A stretch of 45,228 nt of DNA. It comes from a virus (taxonomy: Duplodnaviria; Caudoviricetes). Of this stretch, positions 11,301 to 19,715 are shown piece after piece. Positions within the stretch are counted from its first letter, which is position 1. Every line of letters starts with the position of its first letter. The notes under the pieces are model-generated. The model was given only the letters and a program-made list of their open reading frames with translations, was not told where the DNA came from and did no database searches. A program made the position numbers and the translations under genes. Location of the stretch: positions 1 to 45,228 of the IMG/VR virus record IMGVR_UViG_3300032305_000487; one strand, written 5' to 3'.

Positions 11301-14300
11301 CACACCCGATCACCCGGAAGCTAAACAAACTCTTTGAGCAAATCAAGGGCGACATTAATGGTGCGTATGGCGCTACAGACTTGCAAGAGTTTGCCGCTGA
11401 AATGTGGAGTAACGAAGTCTTCCGCACGCGCTTGAAAGAAATGCGCACTGAGTCCCCTAACCTGTCAATGTGGGACAAGATTGTTAACGTCCTGCGTAAA
11501 TTAATGGGTTACGAGCCAAAGCAAACAAGTGTGGTTGATGCAGTCGATCAGATGCTCAATGCAATTATGGGTGCACCCCCTGCCGCACGCTACGGTGAGT
11601 CCATGTATGCGCAGTCAATCCACAAGCCAAACATAGCGCAACAAGTTATGACTAGCATGGATAACACCATCATGCGTCAGCCCGTTATGAGCAGTGAACG
11701 CGCTGTGAAGTTCCTTGCCGCTACAGAACGCATGGGGATTAGTTTCCGCGAGGCTACTCAACGCTTCCTAAACTTGTCTGCTCTGGGTGAAGTTGGTGAA
11801 AAAATATTGGGTAAAGACTCAATGGACTTTGCCCGCTCTGTAGATGGCATGATTGGTTACCGTGAAGAGTTACGTGCCAAGTTAAAGCCTATTGCTGACC
11901 GGTTAAACAAATACCGTCAGAACGCTAACTATGACGCATGGTCACGCCTTGTGCATGAATCATCACGCTTGGACGTAAATCCAGAGAAACCACAGAGCGA
12001 TTACAACGGTTCGCCAGAGCGTATGGCGGCATGGACAAAATTCCACGCTGAGTTCATCAAGCTGACTGAAGAAGAAAAGCAGTTGTACCGTGACACATTC
12101 GGTGCATACCGTGGCTTGTTCAAAGAGTTGAAGGGGTCGTTGTACAGCAGTCTGAAGGAAACTTTCCCTGATGAACAAGCGGCATTAAGTGCATACAACA
12201 AGATCATTGACCAAATCACGAAGATGGGCATTGACCACTACGTGCCTTTGTACCGTCAGGGTACTTACTGGTTGACCTACACCGACAAGACTAATGACGC
12301 CGTATCTGAGTTGTATAACAGCCAAGCTGAACGTGACTTTGCACGCCGCAAGTTGGAGGCAGACGGCAATACAAACTTTGATGAGTTCTCCCGCATTGAC
12401 CAGTTCACTGTGAAAAATGTTCCACGTGGAACTATGGCGGCGCAGATTGTAAAAATCATGCGTGAGGGCAACGCCGATGATGAGGCTGTTAATAAGTTCT
12501 TGCAGTTAATCGTTGCCGCGATGCCAGAGGCTAGTTTGCTCAAGTCATTCCAAACACGTAAGGGTACGCTTGGTTACGAAAACGACGTTGCCTTGGCATT
12601 TGGCAATGTGACCCAGAACGTGACCCGCCAGTTGGCTCTGATGCGCTATGGTGACCGTATGCGTCGCTTAGTTAGCAACATGAAAGAGACTGCCGCAGGG
12701 CTAAGAGGGCAGGACCAAAACCGTGCGGTTGAATTAATTAACGAGTTTGAGGCACGTCAAGAATACGCCATGAACCCCAAGGTGGCTGACTGGGCACGCT
12801 ATGCAAGTACTGGCGCGTTCTATTTCAACTTGGCTGGTAACGCATCATCTGCCGTGGTTAATACGTTGCAAACCCCCATGATTGTTTACCCGCTTTTGGG
12901 TGGTAAGTATGGTTGGGTAGACTCAGGCCGTGCGTTAATGGCGGCGTTGAAGTTATATAGTGGTAGCGGTGCTAAACGCGAAGTAACTGATATTAATGGC
13001 AACAAGTCCATGCAAGATAGTTGGTTGGAAGTTGGCCTATCTATCGACAACGCAGTCAGTATGGGTAAAGCCCCGCAATATACCGCCTTGATGCAAAGGC
13101 TCAAGGACCTTGGGTTTCTACAAACATCAACAGCTTATGACGCGTTAGATGTAAACGACAGGCCCGGGAAAGTGGTTGATAAGAATACAAACTTAGTGCA
13201 CAAAACTGCGGTTATTTCCACATACATGTTTCACCATGCCGAGCGTATGAACCGCGAAGTTACGGCAGTTGCCGCCTATGAGTTGGAGATGGGACGCCTC
13301 AAGAAAAAAGGCATCACAGGGGACGCCGCACAAGCACAAGCAATTGAAGAAGCTGTGAAGATGGTTACCTTTGCGCATGGTGCTGGTCATACTGAATCTG
13401 GGCCCAGCATCGGTCATTCAGACATAGGTAAAGTTCTTACTGTGTTCAAGCGGTTTGGCTTTACCATGTACTACATGTTGTTCAACACTATGAATCGTGC
13501 GCTGCCAGTTCAAGGTGCCACAGGACAACAACTTGAGGAAATACAAGCCGCCCGTCGCCAGTTGTTAGGCATATACGGCACTGCCGCACTATTTGCTGGG
13601 GTTAAGGGATTACCCTTGTATTGGATTATGGAAGCCGCCTACAACGCGCTCAATGACGACGACGAGGATGACTTTGATACAGTCATGCGTAAATATCTTG
13701 GTGAGTTTGCGTTTAAGGGCCCAGTCAACTACATCACGAACCTTGGCATTGCTGACCGTGTAGGTTGGACTGACTTGATCTACCGTGAAAACAAAGGCGG
13801 CAAAGCAGACGCTAGTGCATTGAGCCAGATTACCGAGGCAATACTGGGTGCACCGTATGCCATAGTAAACAACATGTTCCGTGCGGCAGAACTTGCCAAT
13901 GATGGTCACATGGAGCGTGCTATTGAGACTGCCTTGCCTATTGCGCTACGCAACGTACTCAAGGGTGCCCGCTACGCCACCGAGGGCGTAAATACGCTAC
14001 GTGGAGACCCAGTGATGGGCGAGGTAAATGGATACAACGCAGCGTTGCAAGTCTTAGGTTTCGCACCTGCTGACTTGTTGGCACAGTATGAGATTAACGC
14101 GATTGCTAAGAAGCAAGGTGAAGAAATCACCAAGCAAGAGCAGTCCTTGCTCAAGAAATACTACGTTGCCCAGCGTGAAGGTGATTTTGAGCGTGCGGAT
14201 ATGTTGGAAGAAAAACTGTTTGAGTTGGGCGATAAGTACCCCGAACTAAAAATAACAGGCAACACTCTCAACAAGTCTGTCAAAGCACGGGACAAAATCT

Positions 14301-14383
14301 CGGAAGACATGTACCACGGGGTGCAGTTGAACAAAAAGTTGCGCCCTATCATCGAGCAGTCAATCCGCGAACTGGAAGACTAA
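8333..14383 (+). CDS. Large (2016 aa) virion/ejection protein, polyvalent-protein-like, with a zincin metallopeptidase motif and a PLxRFG-like segment
   Basis: ARYDPKTNTIYL...ILHEAAH...LQEFAAE (HExxH plus downstream E) and HYVPLYRQGTYW. Last gene of the structural operon. Confidence 0.65.
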   Translation: MIVTLPKVGNVEFPDNLSPEQFDNLLGRLAEKYDFSIPKPDVGLGEIAKRGAMRGLGETSIALGDTLPAMIGSAVGAKEYSERQMKEAEASRQLLQQKYPTRFKSYKDINSPFEALEYGVETLGELTPTIATSIVPGVGGSVLGGRLAGGAAFKAATAAGVPTRAGLAGVETAAKAGAQKGMYGGVFMGSFAQNAPEVFEGIYRETGKFEPGVAALAGGFSAILDSVLPVGVLNSLGSYGKLKVIERMAKESGAAPKVWKYLGKEVSKSAATEGLTESAQEAIGAYAEQIAGSTKGLLDPENIQKYKEAFVKGAVGGAGFGVPGGIAAGRTAKKDYANTQEANEALKQQAAQEEAARLQPTGLQKQIEGQFPTAGNTQADMEAALAENEARKAHEIEINALQARMDEQRPGSRAYAEFEDAIKKSKAKMADDDAAKASQSAFSTAKPTPGTGGMFMPGVEKRRVENKISQEQGLRGFAFGDMGAQNAPKDPVTEQVLKALRIPARSNLTTELLGVDMATPEGVRKFIQTMENPQKTGTININEDNYQKVLDSLYADGRGGEIEAARAELQTEPTPEKTQKQQSATRQFAFGDINAGQPNAPTSGASTSVAPPPDQEGTAAGVGAPTGARVVSPKPDAGLPVVGEAEQSVAVDQNAAPVATTTTDTAPPVVSAKGRKATPVKATEIAPAETVEAQDIAKVNKTIKFGEDLKIAAEKLGRVASIKGMTEVAKDAHAYFSKVLPELALKAIANDLVYQPTAYRNSKMKAFKGDPEMTFGTQAEAEFFKGQGGVHAKNAAQWVRANLSPEAIAFMDKQIALYEKENASSQVHYAKTEKQQKVRKETKKQLATEAKEAAADKKKISVQKTIDDVYFGEATDTDLDNFINTGREGYFASPETAALHGEAHPVVLHMLERGDIAGALQALADSGSSGLVQRIAGSLVKYLGDVKLAVGEARYDPKTNTIYLPANASEYEILHEAAHAALSHVLANPSHPITRKLNKLFEQIKGDINGAYGATDLQEFAAEMWSNEVFRTRLKEMRTESPNLSMWDKIVNVLRKLMGYEPKQTSVVDAVDQMLNAIMGAPPAARYGESMYAQSIHKPNIAQQVMTSMDNTIMRQPVMSSERAVKFLAATERMGISFREATQRFLNLSALGEVGEKILGKDSMDFARSVDGMIGYREELRAKLKPIADRLNKYRQNANYDAWSRLVHESSRLDVNPEKPQSDYNGSPERMAAWTKFHAEFIKLTEEEKQLYRDTFGAYRGLFKELKGSLYSSLKETFPDEQAALSAYNKIIDQITKMGIDHYVPLYRQGTYWLTYTDKTNDAVSELYNSQAERDFARRKLEADGNTNFDEFSRIDQFTVKNVPRGTMAAQIVKIMREGNADDEAVNKFLQLIVAAMPEASLLKSFQTRKGTLGYENDVALAFGNVTQNVTRQLALMRYGDRMRRLVSNMKETAAGLRGQDQNRAVELINEFEARQEYAMNPKVADWARYASTGAFYFNLAGNASSAVVNTLQTPMIVYPLLGGKYGWVDSGRALMAALKLYSGSGAKREVTDINGNKSMQDSWLEVGLSIDNAVSMGKAPQYTALMQRLKDLGFLQTSTAYDALDVNDRPGKVVDKNTNLVHKTAVISTYMFHHAERMNREVTAVAAYELEMGRLKKKGITGDAAQAQAIEEAVKMVTFAHGAGHTESGPSIGHSDIGKVLTVFKRFGFTMYYMLFNTMNRALPVQGATGQQLEEIQAARRQLLGIYGTAALFAGVKGLPLYWIMEAAYNALNDDDEDDFDTVMRKYLGEFAFKGPVNYITNLGIADRVGWTDLIYRENKGGKADASALSQITEAILGAPYAIVNNMFRAAELANDGHMERAIETALPIALRNVLKGARYATEGVNTLRGDPVMGEVNGYNAALQVLGFAPADLLAQYEINAIAKKQGEEITKQEQSLLKKYYVAQREGDFERADMLEEKLFELGDKYPELKITGNTLNKSVKARDKISEDMYHGVQLNKKLRPIIEQSIRELED

Positions 14384-14385
14384 AG

Positions 14386-14415
14386 AAAAAAACCCCCCAA
14401 CTTTTGGTCGGGGGG
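14386..14415 (-). terminator. Intrinsic terminator where the replication (-) and structural (+) operons converge
   Basis: Minus strand CCCCCCGAC-CAAAA-GTTGGGGGG followed by T7. Confidence 0.75.
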
Positions 14416-14477
14416 CTAGGAGAAGGCAACTACAAAGGAGAGAGGAGATCAGTTGCTAGGCGAACTCTAACACAAGA

Positions 14478-14681
14478 TCATTTGACACGCCAGAACCTCA
14501 CCCCATGCGTAGTGCCTTCGACACAAAAACGAAACTTGACTTTCATGCCCCGTTCCTTCGCGGCAGTGTCTATTTCATCTGATAACACGTTAGGTGTTAA
14601 CGTCGGTATATAGAACGAGCTGCCGACTACGAATTTATGCCATTCAATAACAACGGGTACGTTGCTATTATAAATCGTCAT
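14478..14681 (-). CDS. Small hypothetical protein
   Basis: 67-aa ORF overlapping the primase stop, AGGAG RBS. Confidence 0.6.
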   Translation of the reverse strand: MTIYNSNVPVVIEWHKFVVGSSFYIPTLTPNVLSDEIDTAAKERGMKVKFRFCVEGTTHGVRFWRVK

Positions 14682-17541
14682 CGCTAGGAGCGGGTACAGG
14701 AGTGGTATCTTCGGGGTCTAATGCTGTTGCTTTTGCGCAATCAATTACCAATGCACTCACGGGCGGTGTGGACATTGTAGACCCCCGAGACATGGCTTTC
14801 TTCAAAGTTCCAATGCAAGCGCCCATCTTGTACAAGTCATCCACCAGCCCTTTGTAAGAGACTTGGTTCTCACTACACCACTCGCGCAGGAGTTTCACCG
14901 TCACAAACAAGTGCTTGGTGTCAGGCTCATAGCGGGTGATAAGTTCACCACGGGGTTCTCGGATTGGCGCTTCGGTAAGTCCTGAGCGTTTGTCCACCGT
15001 GCTGTTGATAACCAGCATATTGTTGTTGTGCTCATTAAGAAATAATCCCATGTGTGCGAGCGGACCCGATATTCCCGGGCGTACTTCAACTCGCATCCTG
15101 CCAATAGTTTGTACAGCCCATGCGTAAATGTTTTCTACGGCAATGTTATGCAGACCTAGCTTCTTGGTAATCAAACCAGCAGTCAAGGCGCATGCGGCAG
15201 TAGCAGACCAAAACCGCTCCCGCTGAGTGAGGCCAGCCGCTTTGTCAAACTTACGCTGGATTTTCTCCAACAACTTCTTGACTTCGGGTAGGTTGGCAAT
15301 GACGTAGCGTATGAAGATTTCACCAGCCACGCCGTAGTTGTCGTACATAGCGTTAAACGCGCTATCGGACTCAGCCTTGGTCATGTCGTCAGTCTTGGAG
15401 ACATTGAACTCTAGTATCCGCATCAACTCGCCTTCGGGAAAGTCCTTCAAGTTGTACAACTGGTCATACAGACTCTTGTTACCCGACGTAATCGCAATCA
15501 TCGCCCACCGCAACATGTTGCTACGTTCAGCGTTAACTTGGGACATCATCCGATTGCGCCCTCTACCATGCGTAATGCCATACGCCATGTTGCTAACCTC
15601 TTCGTCAGCCATGTTGGTCAGTTCGTCAATCGTCACCGAGATGTTGCCAAGCACAGAGATACGGTGCATACGAGCCAAGTACTTATCTTCTTGGTTCATT
15701 AGGGTTTCCAATGGGCGCCCCCAAATGCTGTTGACCATGTGCTGAATGGTTGTCTTACCCACGCCTGAGCCGTTGTTGGTCAGGTGAATAATCGAGCCAC
15801 TTAGTTTGGTGAACTTGAACAGGGCAGAGCCAAAACCCGCAAACAGGGTGAACGCACGTACTTCGTTACCTACACGGGCGTAGTTGTTAGCAACTTTGGA
15901 CCACTCGTGTATCGTGCCTTTCTTCGTGTACATTGTTGCCAACTCAGCGGTTGCTTGTGATGACGGGCTGTAGTTCACGCCTGACGCAGTTATCTCACGG
16001 TTACCGACTACAAACTTCGTGTCGTCCTCACACCATCCAAATTGTTGCCTTGCTTTCTCGGCCTCCGAAAGTTGTTGCAATTCCCCTACCCAACGAGTTA
16101 CATAAGCCATAAGTCCATCCAGTTTTTTGTTGTATGCAGTCACGCCTTGGAAGGCAATAAGTTCCCTAAATCTGTCTTTTGACAGGACACTTGCTAGCGG
16201 CGCGGAGAACTCCCGTATGCCGTCCTTGGGCATATGCAAGCGCATCCATAAAGATTCACCAGCATCAGGGTCAGTTAGCCTTTTGACCACGTAGAAGTCG
16301 TACTCATAAATGAGGTGGTCGCGTTCTTCTTCTGTCTCATCGTCTTCTTTCTTCTTGGCTTTCCCAGAGGGCAAGCCACGCTTGTAGACCCCGCCGTTCT
16401 TCCCGCGAAAGTACGGGAACGGATACTCAGGAATCTCAACCGTAATGTCTTCTTCCAGCGTAGCGTTACGCATCACCACAATGTTGTCTTCTGCTGTAGC
16501 CGCCGCAATTTGTGACCCAATCTGTATGGGCGATGTAATTTTGTTGCGGTTTGGGCAGTCAGTGCATCCTGTGGAATTTAAACTGTGGAATGTCGCGCAC
16601 TTATAGGGTTTACCAAATAAGGCATCTGCCTTTACCTTAGTGTCTTGTGGGTCGTACTCCTCATGGGCATGAGAAATCTTGTGGATTGCCAACTCACCGT
16701 CTTCACAGTTAATGGCAATAGAGAGCCCCGCTCTCCACAAAGGCTCTTCAACATCTTGTTGGTTGCGGTATATATGCACTAGCTGCGCACAACCTTTACC
16801 TTCCGCGCTCTTACGCATGATTGTCCCAAAGCGAGACACGCTGTTTCCCATCAAGGCGCGAGTGGTCGCATCTATTGGTCGGCGTTGCGTGGGGACAGCA
16901 AACCCCAGTTCGTTGTTGACTTCTTCCTCAGTACCCGCGCCGACAATCGCTTGGAATCGGGAAAACTCCATAGCGCCAGAAGAAACCAACACGTCAACTC
17001 GTGACGGTGGAGAGTCTTTATGGTTGAGTGTTTCGGGGATACGTAGGATACGAGCCGCATCTGCGGTTACCGCAGGGTCAGCCTTTAGGTCGTAAGCCGC
17101 GCAGAATTTCTTGAACGCTTCAGCCGTTGGCTTCCAATCGTTGTAGAAAACTGCTTTAGTTAGTGTCCAGTAGGCGTGTACGCCACGGCCTGAGTTCACT
17201 ATTGTTGGGCGTGGTAGCCCTGTGTCCTTAACAAACTGCTTGAGTGCATCTAAAGCAACGGCTTGTGTTTCGTAAGGTTTATTCTCACCACAGTCTAAGT
17301 CAACCCAAAAGGCTTTGAACCATTTTGCGTTTTGTGCGGTACGCCCTTCTGAGGCGTTTAAATATTTAGCACACCCAAAGTACGCGTCGTACCCCTGTGC
17401 CAAAAGCCCTTCTACTACACCATCTATTTCTTCAATCGTCTCTACAAAAGTTTGCCTCGGGGCACCTTTCTTTAGTCCCACCACACAGTACATGCCTTCG
17501 TCGGCAAGTACGGAGGAGAGAAAGGGAATCCTTGAGGTCAT
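14668..17541 (-). CDS. Primase-helicase (N-terminal AEP/RepB-like primase, C-terminal DUF927/SF3-like helicase)
   Basis: WVDLD, SGRGVHAYW and RILRIPET primase motifs; Cys cluster (CATF...CTDCP); Walker A GSGVGKTT; Walker B TIDE. Confidence 0.85.
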   Translation of the reverse strand: MTSRIPFLSSVLADEGMYCVVGLKKGAPRQTFVETIEEIDGVVEGLLAQGYDAYFGCAKYLNASEGRTAQNAKWFKAFWVDLDCGENKPYETQAVALDALKQFVKDTGLPRPTIVNSGRGVHAYWTLTKAVFYNDWKPTAEAFKKFCAAYDLKADPAVTADAARILRIPETLNHKDSPPSRVDVLVSSGAMEFSRFQAIVGAGTEEEVNNELGFAVPTQRRPIDATTRALMGNSVSRFGTIMRKSAEGKGCAQLVHIYRNQQDVEEPLWRAGLSIAINCEDGELAIHKISHAHEEYDPQDTKVKADALFGKPYKCATFHSLNSTGCTDCPNRNKITSPIQIGSQIAAATAEDNIVVMRNATLEEDITVEIPEYPFPYFRGKNGGVYKRGLPSGKAKKKEDDETEEERDHLIYEYDFYVVKRLTDPDAGESLWMRLHMPKDGIREFSAPLASVLSKDRFRELIAFQGVTAYNKKLDGLMAYVTRWVGELQQLSEAEKARQQFGWCEDDTKFVVGNREITASGVNYSPSSQATAELATMYTKKGTIHEWSKVANNYARVGNEVRAFTLFAGFGSALFKFTKLSGSIIHLTNNGSGVGKTTIQHMVNSIWGRPLETLMNQEDKYLARMHRISVLGNISVTIDELTNMADEEVSNMAYGITHGRGRNRMMSQVNAERSNMLRWAMIAITSGNKSLYDQLYNLKDFPEGELMRILEFNVSKTDDMTKAESDSAFNAMYDNYGVAGEIFIRYVIANLPEVKKLLEKIQRKFDKAAGLTQRERFWSATAACALTAGLITKKLGLHNIAVENIYAWAVQTIGRMRVEVRPGISGPLAHMGLFLNEHNNNMLVINSTVDKRSGLTEAPIREPRGELITRYEPDTKHLFVTVKLLREWCSENQVSYKGLVDDLYKMGACIGTLKKAMSRGSTMSTPPVSALVIDCAKATALDPEDTTPVPAPSDDDL

Positions 17542-17587
17542 TGTTCGCTCTTTTGAAAACCGGAGTCTGCTGGCGGCAGACTGTCGG

Positions 17588-17833
17588 TCAGGGTTTTTTA
17601 GATTTGAGTGTCTTAATCAGGTCACGTATGGTGTCGCGCATAGCGGGATGGGGAAGTGACTTCCCCAAGAACCACATGTAAACAGCTTGCCGTGATACCG
17701 ATAAATACTCTGCTACGTCTTGCACAGGTATGTCTCTCAAAACGCATATGCGCCCAAGTTGTACACCAATGTGCTCGTTGTCAGCCGTTTTGTTTGCTTG
17801 TACAAACTTACGGGAGTAACCTTTGTTGTTCAT
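17588..17833 (-). CDS. Cro/XRE-like helix-turn-helix protein
   Basis: VQDVAEYLSVSRQAVYMWF HTH pattern. Confidence 0.8.
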   Translation of the reverse strand: MNNKGYSRKFVQANKTADNEHIGVQLGRICVLRDIPVQDVAEYLSVSRQAVYMWFLGKSLPHPAMRDTIRDLIKTLKSKKP

Positions 17834-18162
17834 AATTTCCCGTGGTCACGTTTCGCTCGTTTAGTTTCTCTGTATTCCCAAAGCCCAACAAGGTTTGGGT
17901 ACCTCAAGTCAAAGAGCCTTGCAAGGTACGGGCTGTAATTGTTGTTGATTTTCCAAGGTCCGGTTGACTCTACAACTGCGGAATGGTGGCGCAAAAAGTG
18001 AACGATGGTACGTGCTGAGTAGTGTTTGAATCCACGGGCGCGAACCTTAAAAGTCTCATCACAAAATGCTGTCCATACATGCAGGTTAGTCGGTAACCAA
18101 GCAACAAATTCTTTACTAAACTGTTCTTCGTTTTGTTCAGCCAAATCCACAATAGTGCTCAT
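17830..18162 (-). CDS. Hypothetical phage protein
   Basis: 110-aa ORF, AGGAGAG RBS, ATGA coupling to the next gene. Confidence 0.65.
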   Translation of the reverse strand: MSTIVDLAEQNEEQFSKEFVAWLPTNLHVWTAFCDETFKVRARGFKHYSARTIVHFLRHHSAVVESTGPWKINNNYSPYLARLFDLRYPNLVGLWEYRETKRAKRDHGKL

Positions 18163-18173
18163 ACGTCTCTCCT

Positions 18174-18198
18174 AAAAAGCGGGGGGCATGAGCCCCCC
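18174..18198 (-). terminator. Probable intrinsic terminator/attenuator after the SSB-like gene
   Basis: GGGGGGC-TCAT-GCCCCCC hairpin followed by GCTTTTT on the minus strand. Confidence 0.6.
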
Positions 18199-18206
18199 TT
18201 GGTTTT

Positions 18207-19070
18207 TTACTCAGCCCAGTCGTCCAAGATTTCGCTCACATCTTTCGGTGCGGCTTTCTTAGCGCGTTTGGTTGGTTCAACTTCTTCGGCTGGTGCGGCT
18301 TTTGCAACTAGTTCGGATGTGGCTACTGCTTTTGGTTTTGCGCCGTCCAGTGTTGCAGGGGTTGATGCAATAGCAGACTTGGCTTCTGCTGATTGACCCT
18401 TCTCTTGTGCCAATGCCATCTCGTTGGCTTCCAATGGGCGTAGTGCCTTGAACGTCAACTTAGGTGTAGCACTTGCTGTGTCAAAACGCATTTCGGTAAC
18501 AACCGCTGTAATCGGCAAACCGTGGCTACCCAAGAACTTAGCATATGCTTGCAAAGGCATTTTGCCGTTCTCAACATTACCAAAGATTGACTGCGCAGGG
18601 AGTGTCAACTGGTACACATCGCCTTTGAGGTCGTTCTCAAGGGTAACCGCCAATCGTTGGCTGTAACGGCAAGCACGTCCAGCGCCCTGAGTTGCAGAGC
18701 CAGCAATGTTTTGTGCACATGTTGCGCACTTGCCGGACTGTGGTTCGCTGACTTTGGAATCAGGTGAGACTCCATCGTTTGACCAGCATGAGGGGGCGAG
18801 GACTTGTCCTTCAACATAAGTTTCTGCATAGTAGCTACGGGATACATGCGGGTTAGCCGCGACAATAACAATCGGCATGGCGCGGTCTTCGTTTTGCGCA
18901 ATTTCTTTGCCGTCAACAACCATGCGGAATACACCGCCCTTGATTGATATACGCTTGCCTGAGCCACCACCCGAACCCATCAAGGCTTTGGTGGTTGCGT
19001 CCAGTTCAAGGTTACGCAAGTGTGCGGGTAGGGTATTGCCGCCTTCGGCAAATAAAGTCATTTCACTCAT
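18207..19070 (-). CDS. Putative single-stranded DNA-binding protein
   Basis: Replication-module position, beta-rich core with four Cys, flexible A/K/P linker, acidic-aromatic tail (EILDDWAE). Confidence 0.55.
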   Translation of the reverse strand: MSEMTLFAEGGNTLPAHLRNLELDATTKALMGSGGGSGKRISIKGGVFRMVVDGKEIAQNEDRAMPIVIVAANPHVSRSYYAETYVEGQVLAPSCWSNDGVSPDSKVSEPQSGKCATCAQNIAGSATQGAGRACRYSQRLAVTLENDLKGDVYQLTLPAQSIFGNVENGKMPLQAYAKFLGSHGLPITAVVTEMRFDTASATPKLTFKALRPLEANEMALAQEKGQSAEAKSAIASTPATLDGAKPKAVATSELVAKAAPAEEVEPTKRAKKAAPKDVSEILDDWAE

Positions 19071-19255
19071 TTAGTTTCTCCTGTGGTTGATTGGGTATTT
19101 GTCATTGCTTCGAGGTCTGCACGTTTAATGCGTACCTTTGTGCCTACTTTGAAGTGTGGGATTTTTCCCTCACGTATTAGGGTATAGACTGTTTGTCGGG
19201 AAACCCGCAAGTATTTTGCGACCTCCAAAACAGTCAGGGTTGTTTCAGCTTCCAC
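19067..19255 (-). CDS. Excisionase-like (HTH_17) DNA-binding protein
   Basis: LTVLEVAKYLRVSRQTVYTLIREGKIP..KVG..VRI pattern. Confidence 0.85.
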   Translation of the reverse strand: MEAETTLTVLEVAKYLRVSRQTVYTLIREGKIPHFKVGTKVRIKRADLEAMTNTQSTTGETK

Positions 19256-19652
19256 TTGTGCTTCTCCTTACAGTAACTGAGTATTTGCTATCTACATTGA
19301 CGCCGGGGGGCATCAGGTCTGGACTCTCCTCCAAAAGTTGTTTCAGTGTGGCTTGACTAATGCGCTTTTCCAAAAGGTCAGGCATTTGGTGTTCCAAAAT
19401 GAATTTGTGCATGGATGCCCAATCACTTGTCCAGTAACGGGTTTTGACACCACGTATAACCGTACCGTGCTTGGTCTTGAGGCTATCGGCACCGACAGTC
19501 TTGCAAAGGTCAAGTAGCTTGCCCTCTACCATTTCCATCTGTGTCTTCACCGCACCGTCTTCTTCTTCGTAACCACGTAGAAGTTCGGCTCTTTTGTCGC
19601 GCATCTTGATGTAGACGGCGACGAGTTTGTCGGCTGAAATGTCTTCAGTCAT
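19245..19652 (-). CDS. Phage replication-module protein (coiled coil plus small beta domain)
   Basis: 135-aa ORF with AAGGAGAG RBS directly downstream of a promoter; function not assignable. Confidence 0.6.
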   Translation of the reverse strand: MTEDISADKLVAVYIKMRDKRAELLRGYEEEDGAVKTQMEMVEGKLLDLCKTVGADSLKTKHGTVIRGVKTRYWTSDWASMHKFILEHQMPDLLEKRISQATLKQLLEESPDLMPPGVNVDSKYSVTVRRSTSGS

Positions 19653-19681
19653 TGTTCTCTCCTTCTCTCTTTGTGTTGTCC

Positions 19682-19709
19682 ATCATACCGCTAAATTTAA
19701 CATTGTCAA
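19682..19709 (-). promoter_or_regulatory. Sigma70-type promoter for the SSB/primase block
   Basis: TTGACA-16 nt-TATGAT on the minus strand; a second TTGACA lies 10 bp upstream (19714-19719). Confidence 0.6.
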
Positions 19710-19715
19710 GTATTG

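Noticed and set aside
19067-19255. Excisionase as evidence of an integrated prophage
   Set aside because: HTH_17 proteins are common regulators; no integrase, att site or host flank is seen.
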